This document shows, one piece after another, positions 53,279-64,000 of a stretch of 64,000 nt of DNA. The DNA is from Camelus ferus. Its lineage: Eukaryota. The notes below the pieces were generated by a model. The model did not search any database, was not told the origin of the DNA, and was given only the letters and a program-made list of their open reading frames with translations. A program made the position numbers and the translations under genes. Position 1 is the stretch's first letter, and each line of letters begins with the position of its first letter. Location of the stretch: positions 52,268,001-52,332,000 of the forward strand of contig NC_045697.1 in assembly GCF_009834535.1 (NCBI RefSeq). The letters are read 5' to 3'.

Positions 53279-53384
53279 TTACAATGTAGTTTCTGTTCCC
53301 TTGCTCCTCCAGAAATAATCATTGTCTTCAGGCTCAAGTTCTAGTCTAATATGAGGCACAATTTTTACTGGAGTTCTAGGAGGA
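53279..53384 (-). CDS. SLC4A4: SLC4A4 terminal exon, coding only in NBCe1-C: (S)PPRTPVKIVPHIRLELEPEDNDYFWRSKGTETTL*
   Basis: Acceptor TTTTTCTCTAG ends at 53385. The frame continues from the 80-nt exon and ends in the class I PDZ-binding motif ETTL, then TAA at 53281-53279. Confidence 0.93.
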
Positions 53385-54089
53385 CTAGAGAAAAAGACAA
53401 AAAGAAAAAAGAAAGGAAACAGTAAATCAGAATTCCTTTATCATCTGTCAAATGTTTATGCATTATACAAAAGTCAAGTGGGTCCTTCTTTGCTCTCTTT
53501 AAATACTTATCTCCTTTTTCTGTATTAAAAACAAACATTTAAAAATGGGATGAAAGTACCAAACAGAGTTAAGAAATTCAGGCAAAAATTTCATAAGCTC
53601 TCAAACCTAGATTAGACAAAAAAAAATCAAGGAGAAGGACTGAGGGGAGAGGGGTGCGGTGACACTGTCAGAGACAAGAGGCCTGACATGAAGAAAGTAT
53701 TCAGAGATTTCACGGTTTTGAAAATCAAGGAGGATCTGAAATCTCCAGAGCTGTATTAAGAGGGGAGAAAACTACTGGAGGAGCGCTTCCAGGAAATGTC
53801 AGCTACCCTTGAATCAGAGGCGGTACTGATGGGACAGGAGCTAACTCTGATCCTGGGCTTTACCTTGATGATGCTGAAAGATTCCATTATTAAGAGTAAG
53901 CTGAGCAGGTCCCTTAGAATGCTTTCTACAAGTAGAAGCTGGGATGAGGTTGGGTGACTGGGTAATTTATTTAAGATAAATTGCAGAGAGGGTGGAGAAC
54001 AGGGCGTTCGGCCAATAACACGCCGTTGACGCCATTTCTGTGGGGCAATCGTCCCGCAGAACCACGTGAAATAGCAGGCTGTCCTTTAC

Positions 54090-54169
54090 CTTGGCATACC
54101 CAGTGACTGAAGAAAAGGAATTTTATCAGCATGATGTGTGGCGTTCAAGGAATGTTGGTGATCTTTCTT
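54090..54169 (-). CDS. SLC4A4: SLC4A4 80-nt dual-frame exon: KERSPTFLERHTSC* in A/B (stop TGA at 54128-54126) or KKDHQHSLNATHHADKIPFLQSLGMPS in C
   Basis: Acceptor TTTCCAG (AG at 54171-54170), donor AG|GTAAAG at 54089. Both frames translate to recognisable NBCe1 C-termini. Confidence 0.95.
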
Positions 54170-55059
54170 CTGGAAAGAAAAAGAATTCTTTTAAAAATCA
54201 TAAATAGTAGTCATTGGTAAAGTACAGCATTAGAGTCAAAATTTTTAAAGTCTTCACAAAAATGGATGCATCTTTCACCATCAGAAAGGGTAAGAAAGAC
54301 AAGTTTAGACAATTTCAATTAACACTGTATCAAGCTCAGAATCTAAGCAGTGTGATAAAGCCAAAATCACTCCGTTTCCTTTATTCTGGGCTTTCTGGAA
54401 TGGGCCACTGCTGTTCTCGTCAGTGAGGAGGCAGCAAGGAACTCATTCTGAGAGAGAGCACCTACTCAGTGACTAAGGCTTGCCCTCAGATTTCCCGCGT
54501 TCACAATTTTGTCCTGCTGCTATTTGTTGCGGGGGTAAAAAAAGATTCTGAGGAACGAACTTCTACTGCAACTTTATCAATTTTGTTCATAGACTAATAT
54601 GATAGTAGAAAATTCTGATTTTACAATGCTCATGGGTATTTTGCTTGAGTAAATTTCTATCCTCACATCCACTACTTCCCGTGTATCCTTTTAAAGGGTT
54701 TTGAGAAAACAAAGAACATCTAGCACTAAATAATCAATTTGCCAGATTTTTCCCAGGAGACTCAAATTCCAGATGATATTTTTGTTTGTTTGTTTGTTTG
54801 TTTGTTTTTTAAGCAGTCTTTAAACTGTACTTAGAAGAGCTGGGCCAGGTTATGATGCCAACGGAAGACATACATGCTGCATTCCTTTCACAGTCTCTTT
54901 TTGCTATCTAATGTTCCAGAGATGAAAAATGAAATCAGACAATGGTTTGGGGAGCTTGAATTTAAAAAGAAAATAAGAAAGTAGCCTCAGTTACAAGTTA
55001 CAGGTTACAGGTTGGACACCAAAAGTGAGATGGCTTTAATTCTTTGCTCTTTAAGCCAG

Positions 55060-55550
55060 TGTGGTAGCCAGCCTCCAAGACGGTCCACCAAGTGCCCTGC
55101 CTTCTGGTAATCATGTCCTATATGCATCCTTCCCACGCTGTACCAGGGTAGGTTTGTGTGACCAATAGAATATGGCAGAGGTGATGGTATATCACTTCTG
55201 AGATTTGGTTACCAAACACTGCAGTTTCTGTCTTGGTTTCCATCTCTGCAGTGATTTGCAGGCGTGTCATGGGCAGCCCTCGGAGATGCCTGGGAGCCAA
55301 GGTACTAAAACCTCCTGCCAACTGCCTTGTGATTGAGCTTGGAAGCACATCCCCAGCTCCGGTCAAGTCTTCGGATTCAGTCCCAGCTAAGAGCTCAACT
55401 GCAATCTCACAAGAGACCTTGAGCCAGAATCACTCAAATCTGTGGCTCCAAAATTTCCTGAATGTTAGGAATTGTGTGAGAAAATACATGTTTGTTGTTT
55501 AAAGCTGTTGTTTTGTGGTAATTTGTTACACACCAACAGATAAGGAATAT
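55060..55550 (+). mobile_element. MaLR solo LTR (MLT1E/F-like) in an SLC4A4 intron
   Basis: TGTGGTAGCCAGCCTCCAAGA start and GTAATTTGTTACAC..CAACAGATAA end. Confidence 0.85.
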
Positions 55551-55592
55551 GTCCATTTTTCATAAATAGTTATTCATTTTGGTAATCTCTTA

Positions 55593-55685
55593 TTTTTTTT
55601 TTTAATAGAGGTACAGGGGATTGAACCCAGGACCTTGTGTGTGCTAAACACATGCTCTACCACTGAGCTGTACCGCTCACCCTCA
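55593..55685 (-). mobile_element. tRNA-derived SINE (vic-1-like, short form), intronic
   Basis: Reverse A/B boxes (CTCTACCACTGAGCT, GGATTGAACCC), T tail, TSD GTAA(T/C)CTCTTA at 55582-55592 and 55686-55696. Confidence 0.87.
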
Positions 55686-56592
55686 GTAACCTCTTACTGA
55701 AGCTGAAATGGCACTGTCAAATAAAAACACAAGTGCTTCAGCCGTCCTTTCCTACAACAGATCAGTATACCCCGACATGCATCTGGAGCTAAGAGAATAC
55801 ATTTTCTTCAAATGAGAGCTCAAAGTGAAAACAGTTTGGAGCAGCTGCTCCTTGCTACTGGAAAAGCTTGCGATGTTCACTAATGTTACCACAGAGGAAT
55901 TTCCCCCCTTTTCAAGTGGACTGCTAACTCAATTGCAAGAGAAAAGATGACATGTCAAAAACCATTTCACCTTAGCCACCCGGCCCATGACCCCAGAAAG
56001 ACCAGTGCAATTAGAAAGATGATTTCAAAATAGCAGAAGGGGAACGAAGCAACTTGGAAGAAAATGCAACTATATTGTAAGCTATACCTAAAAAGTGGTG
56101 TTAATATTTTAAGATTGCCAATTTAATTGAAGATAACAATTATTCCAAGTTCCTGGTATTTACAATCGATTCACTGATCACTGAGACCCAGGATGCAATT
56201 TCTTTTTTGAGCTGATTTGGTCACTGGTAGAAGCCTAAGGAAGACAAACAGTAACAGACAGTGATGTGGAACTAGAAGCAATGCTGAATACCGGGGGGTG
56301 GGGGGAAGGCAGGTCAATTACAGACATGGTTATGAGCTTAGCATTTGAAAGAAACAGATGGTAACTTGCACAACCAAACAAGAACTTAAATAGTTACGAA
56401 TAAAAGGAGAAGGTAAAGGGTGAAGCTCAAGGAATGTAAAAATGAAGTTTCATAAAATTGTGAATCTTCACATAGGAAAAAAAAAAAAGAAAGAAAATAG
56501 AGGGAAAGTTAACGCAGATGATAGTCCTCCTTTTTTTTTCTGCAAGTGCAAATTGTATTCAAGCCGGCATGCAAGACGTTAGCTCTACTCAC

Positions 56593-56689
56593 TGTCAGAA
56601 GGTTTGCTATCACTTAGGAAAGGCTGCTGTTCCATGATGTCCATTGGAATTTTAATACTTGGAACTTTTTCTGAGTATGGGCAGTCAGA
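56593..56689 (-). CDS. SLC4A4: SLC4A4 97-nt cassette exon: [32 protein letters not shown] plus 1 nt; included in NBCe1-A/B, skipped in NBCe1-C
   Basis: Manual translation. Acceptor TTTCACAG, donor GTGAGT. The 97-nt length matches the known NBCe1 C-terminal cassette. Too short for the ORF track. Confidence 0.95.
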
Positions 56690-59600
56690 CTGTGAAAGAA
56701 ATTTACAACAGTTTTTAGAAAGTTTTTACGAAACAGACCTCCTTACCTCCCAGTATGGATTAAACCTATCACATTATCATTGACAAAGTCTTAGATCTAC
56801 TCCATTTCTCCTTTGCTGACTTTTCAAATTCTACACCATCTTCCCCTCACATTTGTTTTCCTCTCTTCTAAGTGAAGGGGATTAGGTCAGTTAAAACAAG
56901 AACCACACCAAATGGAGATCGCTACAAACTAAAACAATTGTGAAGCTTTCCATAAACTGGATGCTCAATCAAATATTTCTGGGTTAGTTTGTATGTGTAA
57001 AGCAAATAATCTCAGCGGGAAAGATTACACCTAGGAGACTTCCTAAACTATAATATGGCCTTGAAACTTTGGTTTCATTTATGTTTTGTGATTCCATCTC
57101 CAGAAAAGGATGACTTATCTTTACTTCCAAGATAGGTAGAAGACTTCTAACATCCCCTCCCCAAGAGCACTTTACATAGACTTAAACCTCCCTTCCTTGC
57201 TTTAATATTCTAACAAAAACTATTTTGTATTTAAAGACCCATTTCAACTTCCTTATAACAAAGATATTGAAAACTTAGCAAAACATGAGAAAATAAAATC
57301 AAAAGGGAGGTGCCTATGATAGTCAGATAAGTGGAGAAGGATCATAACCAGAATAAAGTGATAAAACCAGGCAGGTAATCATGAAATTTCTTGAAGAACA
57401 GGCCACCTACACCAAAACTGTACCAGATTTTCACAGGATTCCCATGTTACTGTCTTTTTTTTTTTTTTTTAGAATTTATTATATTGAATCCATATCTACG
57501 TTTGGACTGAAAAGATCAAATTCATCTCCTAACTGAAAGTACCAAGGAGATGAACTTTAGTTGAAAGAGAAACAAGGGGGGGGTCGAAGAAAATAAGAAA
57601 AAAAAATCTTAAAAAGCTTACTACACACATTGAAAAGTCCTTCATGATGAATCTAAACAGGCTAATGAGCCACAATATTTTTTTAAAGGATTAAGATACT
57701 AGACTCCAATTGACCAAAAAAAAAAAAAAAAAAAAGATGAAGATGTCAGGGGCATCTACCTTTATGAGACTGTCAAGGACAAGCTTTACCACAGTATTTC
57801 AAAGTTTCCCCAGGTAACAGCATTTACAGATGAACAGATCAGCAGCCAATCCTTAATCATAGCCTACTGGGCAGGTTCAAAAATGACTGAGTGGCTCAAA
57901 ATCTTGGCAAGCTATCATTTTCACCAATTCTAATTGGTGAAATCAATTAATTAATCAATTAATCAGTTAATCAATTCACAAATATTAAAGTTGTAACTCC
58001 CATCCTCTGGCATGACTCCCTCTCTATCCATGGACCCCACACCACACGATGGCCAGGTGAACAACAGGAGGGCCACCTTTCAAATGGAGAGTCCCAAATA
58101 ATGAACTCAACACAAAGAACTTGTGACACAGATATAGTCTAAACTGCTGGGTTGGAACACAGTCCTGTTTCTTTGCTTTGGTGGGGATGGAAGAAGAGAA
58201 AGAAGAAAAGAATAGAAACAAATCTCACACATTATCTTCGAGAAACCTGTTGGAAATACGGAGTTGAGAGTGATAAATATTAGTGAAAGAACAGCACAGT
58301 TTAAATATGATTTGTTGAAAATCAAATGTAAGAATTAGATAGAAGCCCTTCTCAGGATCTCATTTGATCCCTTTTGACACTAGAGAGCACTAAATTTAAA
58401 ACATTCTTAAAAGTGGGTATTTTATTTTTTATCTTAAAAACCGTTAGAGAAGAAGATTCCATAATATTACTTCATACATTCATGTCTAATAAATTTTAAG
58501 TCTGATGCTCACGCACATAAACTGAGGTATTTGTTTTGAAAATTCAAGATGAAATACCACTTTAATTATTTCAATATATCAGGCAATCTTTTTTCTCTTG
58601 AGTTAGCCTAGAAGTTTATTTTAAATTTTCATTTCTATTCAATGTGTAAATGTATTGTTCTTTTTCATACTGCATCTTAATCTGTTCTGCAGTTTAAACA
58701 CATTCTCTCTTTTCCTGTCATCACTGGAAACAGAAAATCTATATACCTGTTCTCACTGAGGATGGATGATGACAGTCACAAAAGCTCCCTTGGACTCTTT
58801 TTCTCTTTAGCTAAATGTGCCTCGTATATTTAGCCTTTTCTTATTGGATCAGTTTATCTGAAATCCAATTCTGTAAGTTGCCTTCCTTCACTGTACTATT
58901 TCCAAGTTCTCCAAAAATAATACAATCAGACAGCCTGAGCAATTGGAAAGAACCAGAAAGGCTTGGACAGGAGTTTGGCCTTTGCCAATATGTCTGCGCA
59001 CACTTAGAAAGATAACTTAGCATTTCTCAGTCTGAATTTCCTCATCAGCGTGATAGGAACAAAAGTATCTACTATAAAGAGCTGTTCTGGCACTCAAGGA
59101 CAAGGTATGCATGATTAATCAAAATGATCAAGTACAGAGCAGACACCAAAAATTAACCAGACTCCCATGTGAGGATGAGATACTGGGGATTCCATTAGAA
59201 GGGGATGCTACACTGTGTAAAATCCAGAGCAAATATTCACATAGGAAGTGTCATTTTGGTAGTGCTTTCAAAAGGCTACTGAGGTAAGCTTTTGGTATGT
59301 GTGTATGTATGCATGTGTGTGCACATGTGCACGTGTGTGTGTTAAAGAAAAGCAAATCCCACGTTTTCTCCTAGCACTGATGACGGACCCTTATTGAAAT
59401 ACCAAGATTTGGAAATGGTTTCCTAAAGAAAAAATGGACATTTTATTTCTCCCCTTAGTCATACAATTGCAAGAGGATCATCTAAACTATGACACTGACT
59501 ACTGCAATTACGTAAAAAGACCCCAAATTCCCAACTTCCTTTCCTTTTTATTGAAGGGCTACAGAGAAATGATCTGAAATCATGTCAAAGTCCAATGCGA

Positions 59601-60077
59601 GGATAAGCACAGTAACAGAGAACTTTGGTCGAGAGCCCACTCAAATGGACACACTGATTGTGAGAGGTGAGGTCGCCAGCATTTGGCCATATTAGGCTTA
59701 AAATTACATAAAACTGAGTTATCACCTCAAATTTAAATCCCAGATTATCAAGAATAAAGCAAATACATTTTGTAGCACTACAAAGCAAACCTCCTTTTTA
59801 TGAAGTCTGAGATTGAAATTTTTTAGACATGGTGGGCTTTTTTTTAAAAGTCATTATTTCATTATTAGTGTATTAACAGTAACAGAAAGACTAGAAAAAA
59901 ACAAAGAAAAGAAAAGAAAGGGCAAAGGAAGGTGGAAAGTGACAAGTGGGACGAGATGACAGGTAAACATGCTTGGAACTCAGTCATACATCTCACATAA
60001 GGGATTAAAAAATACATTTTTCACATTTGTTTAACTAACTTTGGAATTTTACTTCGGAATTTTAAAAAGCTCCTTAC

Positions 60078-60239
60078 ATCGTCATTGTCACTGTCCAGAC
60101 TTCCTTTCTTCTTTTTCTTTTTCTTCTCGTCCTCCTTCTTTTTCTTATCCTTTTCTGGAATGACATCATCGAGGAAGCTGAGGTCGTGCTGGGAGAAGAG
60201 GTAGTCCATGCCTTTTCTGACAGCTACAAGTGCCAAGAT
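60078..60239 (-). CDS. SLC4A4: SLC4A4 coding exon (162 nt): [54 protein letters not shown]
   Basis: Characteristic NBCe1 lysine-rich cytoplasmic tail. Acceptor TTTCCAG ends at 60240 and donor GTAAGG starts at 60077. In frame with the previous exon. Confidence 0.97.
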
Positions 60240-60739
60240 CTGGAAAGATAAATATAAAACGTGTGAAAGAATGCATGTCGGAGACGTCACAGCGAGTATC
60301 AGAACTGCCCTAGCAGAGGCAGTAGAAGCCTGTTTTGTACAAAGCTAGAGTACGACAGAATGCACCTCGCTTGCATGAACTTCCATGAAGTGGACCAGAA
60401 ACATTTTCTTCAAGAGGAAACTGGGTTCATAGAAGTTTTACATGGAACGCACTTTTGTTCACTAATTTCAGTTGTATGATCCTTTCACTTAGAATTCCTA
60501 GGTGAAAGGGTTATTTTTTAAACCATTTTCTTCCATGTCAGATTTTTAGTAAAATAACTAAAAGTTTAAAGGGAAAAAACAGCCTGTAAATGATTTCTAA
60601 TTATTCAAAATTAAAACATTATATGGGTTTTTGAAAGTCAAGAACATCCATACAACACACGGTACACCGAGACATCTTCAAAGTATTGATAACGAGGGAG
60701 GACCTGAGTATGCATAGACCATTTCATCTACTGGGGCAA

Positions 60740-60960
60740 CTTCAACACTTACCCTGCATCAGATGCTGCGCTAAACTCTTAGGCAATATTTTCTCATTTA
60801 TTCCCACAACAAACTCAAGGGTTAGATGTTAGTATCTCTACCTTACAGCTGAGGAAACTGAAGCTTAAAGACTTAAGTATGTTATCCAAGATGATGAAGC
60901 CAGATAAAGGAAGGATACAAAGGGTCCGAGCTTTCCAACTCTAACCCAGAGCTCTTAAAC
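60740..60960 (-). mobile_element. MIR SINE, intronic
   Basis: CCTTACAGCTGAGGAAACTGAAGCTTAAAGA core. Confidence 0.7.
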
Positions 60961-62004
60961 TCTGTATCTCTGAGTTTATGAATTGCTCTTGAAGGTGTAT
61001 TAAAGATGTCTTCGCTCAACAGTAAATTAGCATGCGGTAGGACACGGAAGCCCTGGCCCTGCGCACGGCAAGCAGTTGTCTTTATCCATGTCATGCTCTT
61101 TACGTCAGCTTCTTCATCTCTCTGAGAAATTAATAACATTCTGCACTACTGATATTACACAACTGCTTTGTGATCAAATAAAAGCTCTGAAAGATGAAAA
61201 ATACCTTATAAAGGTAAAATATTTTTATCATTATTTAGCACAGGCAGTAAGTGATTTACTGGATACATTTCAGATTTATCTGGGTCTAATGCTGCTTTTC
61301 CTGGCTTCAGCAAAACTCACAGGCAGATGATACTAATAAGCAAATGGAAGCCTTTTCTTATCCTCAGTGTGCTTTCCAGTAAGTTAAGATTTTTTTTTGA
61401 AAAGATATAAGGGATCATGAAAAATAAGAATCTGACTCTACAAATAACACTAATATTTCACACCATTTTCCTCTGCTTTCCTGGAGGAAAAACCATTACA
61501 AGTAACCAATATACATAAAACGAAATAATAATTCTAGCTAAGAGGAAGAAGATTTTTATTAAAAAAAATATGGTTTGTATATGAAAATTTTGTTTCCAAA
61601 GCTACAGGGGAGACAGAGCCAGACCTGAGGCCGACTTTGTGTCAAGCATATGCAGGTGTATTTTCTCGCAAAAAGTGTAAAGCTATGGTCAAGTGTAAAA
61701 CTCAATGATGAAGCCAAATACAGAGCTAGCATTTCCTTTTGCCCTTCTTTCTCTTGTGAGTATTCAGAGTGGAATGTTAGTCGTTTCACCTTGCTCCTCA
61801 ACATATCATGGCAGGGAGAGAGAGTCCAGACTCAAACTTAGCATGATACAAACTAGGAGAATTTCCAAAACTGAACTTCTCTCTCCGTTTCTTCTAATTC
61901 ATTGGTTGATCTCTCGTGAACCTCTACGCTGGTCCTCTGCTCTTTGGCCTGAAATGCGCTGGAGTCTGTTAGCCAAGTTGATCCCAGTGTACAGCAGTAT
62001 TTTA

Positions 62005-62210
62005 AAAATAGCTAACGTCATGTGCACTTGTGTCTACTGCGTGTCAGGCACTGGGCTCTCCACTCTATATTCACTATTGATGCTCAGAATAAAAACAAAG
62101 ATACCTCCCTCGTTTTGCTGATGAGTTAAATGGGGTGCTTGGGGAGGTTCACTGATCAGCACGAACCAGAGCCAGGATCTGAACTCAGCTGTCTGACTCC
62201 AAGGTCCAGC
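62005..62210 (-). mobile_element. MIR SINE, intronic
   Basis: CTACTGCGTGTCAGGCACTGGGCT and GGATCTGAACTCAGCTGTCTGACTCCA motifs. Confidence 0.65.
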
Positions 62211-62380
62211 CGAGGCAAACACAGCCATGGGAACCTTAAATTACAGCTGACCCAAGTGGTTAGGTCAAAGCTGGAAAATAACTGGAACTACTTGTGAAAG
62301 ACACATGTGTCGTCAACATCCCCATAACTACACGACACGGGTGTGACCTCATGGGTAGGTGCAATTAAAATAACCCCTAC

Positions 62381-62554
62381 CATGACCGGAAAAATGATAG
62401 CAGCCACAGTCGACTTGAGGATCCAGAGCAGGGCGAGACACAACACCTGCAGGAAAGTGAACAGGTGGACTCTGCGCAGCGGCACGTGGCGCAGGTAGAT
62501 GAAGTCTGGCTGATGCTTCAGGGGCATCAGAAGCAGCTTGAGACGATCCATGAA
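62381..62554 (-). CDS. SLC4A4: SLC4A4/NBCe1 coding exon (174 nt, C-terminal transmembrane region): [58 protein letters not shown]
   Basis: Translation matches the NBCe1 sequence I recall. Polypyrimidine tract and AG acceptor at 62556-62555, GT donor at 62380-62379, phase 0/0. Upstream exons lie beyond the window. Confidence 0.97.
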
Positions 62555-64000
62555 CTGGGGAGGAAAGGGGAGCAGAGCACAAGTACATTACTTCAAGAGC
62601 TGATGCACCAAGTCACTTCTTTAGTCTAATGAACCACTGGTGATTTGTCATCCAGCATTCAGGCAAGTGGTGCCCCTTTTAGAGGGCACTGGGCGGGGAG
62701 TCAGAAATACAGTCTAACACAGTAAGACATAGCACAAGTCTTCCAACTTCTGTTACTACTTTGGCAGGAATGCTATGCAGTTATATGAGATAAAGTGGCC
62801 ACTGAAGAATAAGGTCTCAGCTAGTAATGAGATGCTGAAGGAAGACATCTGACTCATGTGTCTAACTGGGCCTCGATTGCCTTATCTAGAAGAAGAGGAG
62901 ATATGATGTATCATTTATATTTCAAGGATGTTTCAAAGGAAGCATCTGACTTGAAAATGGGAACGCACTGGTATTTTCATAAATTCCACATTATTTATCT
63001 ATGGCATAACTCAACAAATACATTCAGCGATGAATTACCATTTCTTTTCCAAGAAAAGCCACATGAACATTGCAGTGAGTTTCAGAGTGTCAACAACTAG
63101 ATACCTGAATCTAGGAGAGGCTATTGCACCATCATCTATAAACAGATACTGGAATGACTGTCAAGCACCTACGTGCCAGGTACTGTGCTTCAAAGAGTAA
63201 CTGCGGGCTTTATATCAATGATGCTGATAAGGATGATACTTAAGTACTTATCAGAAGACCCTTCAGATGGAAGATGCTCAGTAAACAGCTGTTGAATTGA
63301 ATAATTACATAGTAAGGACTCTAAATAATATCTCTACTTTCCTTCTGAAGAGAAGGGAGAAAAGGAAAAGTAACTAGACTGCCAGTGGCTGTCTTCTCTG
63401 GAGTGACTTCCTGTCTAACAAGTTTCCCTTCTCCCTCCAGAACTCCTGGTAGGAGCACTCCCATTTATAGAGACTAGGGTAACAATTATTTTTGCTAAAT
63501 CACATCTTGCCAGAAAGATCTAAAAGAGGGAGAGTCAAGAGAAAAGTGAAGAGAAAAGGTGACAGGGCGACACCACTGCGGAATTTAAGAAATCCACTAG
63601 CTGTCCCTTCGGCAAGGGAGTTTTTTCCCCTCATTATTACGAAACCATTGATTTTTTTCCTTTATTTTAACAAATGTGTACTGACCTCCAACCATCATTT
63701 ACCCACCTACAACATACAAAATCAACCTTCTGTTCTAGACTGACTTATAAAACAAAAATAAGAACTATTAGTTTGGGGGCCATATTTGTTTCATATTTTT
63801 CCATTTAAAGAAATAAAGAATATTTACAATCTCAGGTTAAAAATAAAATATTTTTACACTTATACTTCCCCAAAGTTTCATGGGCACAAATAAACCCATA
63901 TTCACATTCATCTAGTCCAATCTATGAAGAACCACCTTGTATTTTATAATAAACATCCAAGTGATGAAGCACTCAACTCAATGGACCTAAACAAGGAACA

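Overview
Mammalian genomic DNA, probably a camelid: it has short tRNA-derived SINEs resembling the camelid vic-1 family and I recognised no Alu, Bov-tA/BovB, PRE-1 or CAN SINEs. The right part (about 49-64 kb) holds the 3' end of SLC4A4 (electrogenic Na+/HCO3- cotransporter NBCe1) on the minus strand. This comprises five exons, including the 97-nt cassette exon and the dual-frame exon that give the A/B (…RHTSC) and C (…ETTL) C-termini, plus a roughly 4.2-kb 3' UTR. The rest is repeat-rich intergenic DNA: L1, L2, MIR, MaLR/ERV LTRs, and Tigger and MER58 DNA transposons. The most notable items are: (1) a 2.1-kb ERVL-class provirus remnant whose 5' LTR carries a nearly perfect, CpG-intact 17-bp GC-box minisatellite just downstream of a retained TATA/CRE and upstream of a PBS-derived splice donor; (2) two tailless retrocopies of Pol III RNAs (7SK and the tRNA-Ile(UAU) 5' half); (3) a cluster of nested palindromes at an L1 junction; (4) a 100-bp dispersed duplication. 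I found no convincing novel protein-coding system. Apart from the SLC4A4 exons and L1/Tigger remnants, the ORF track looks spurious. Repeat family names are from memory of consensus sequences, not from a search.
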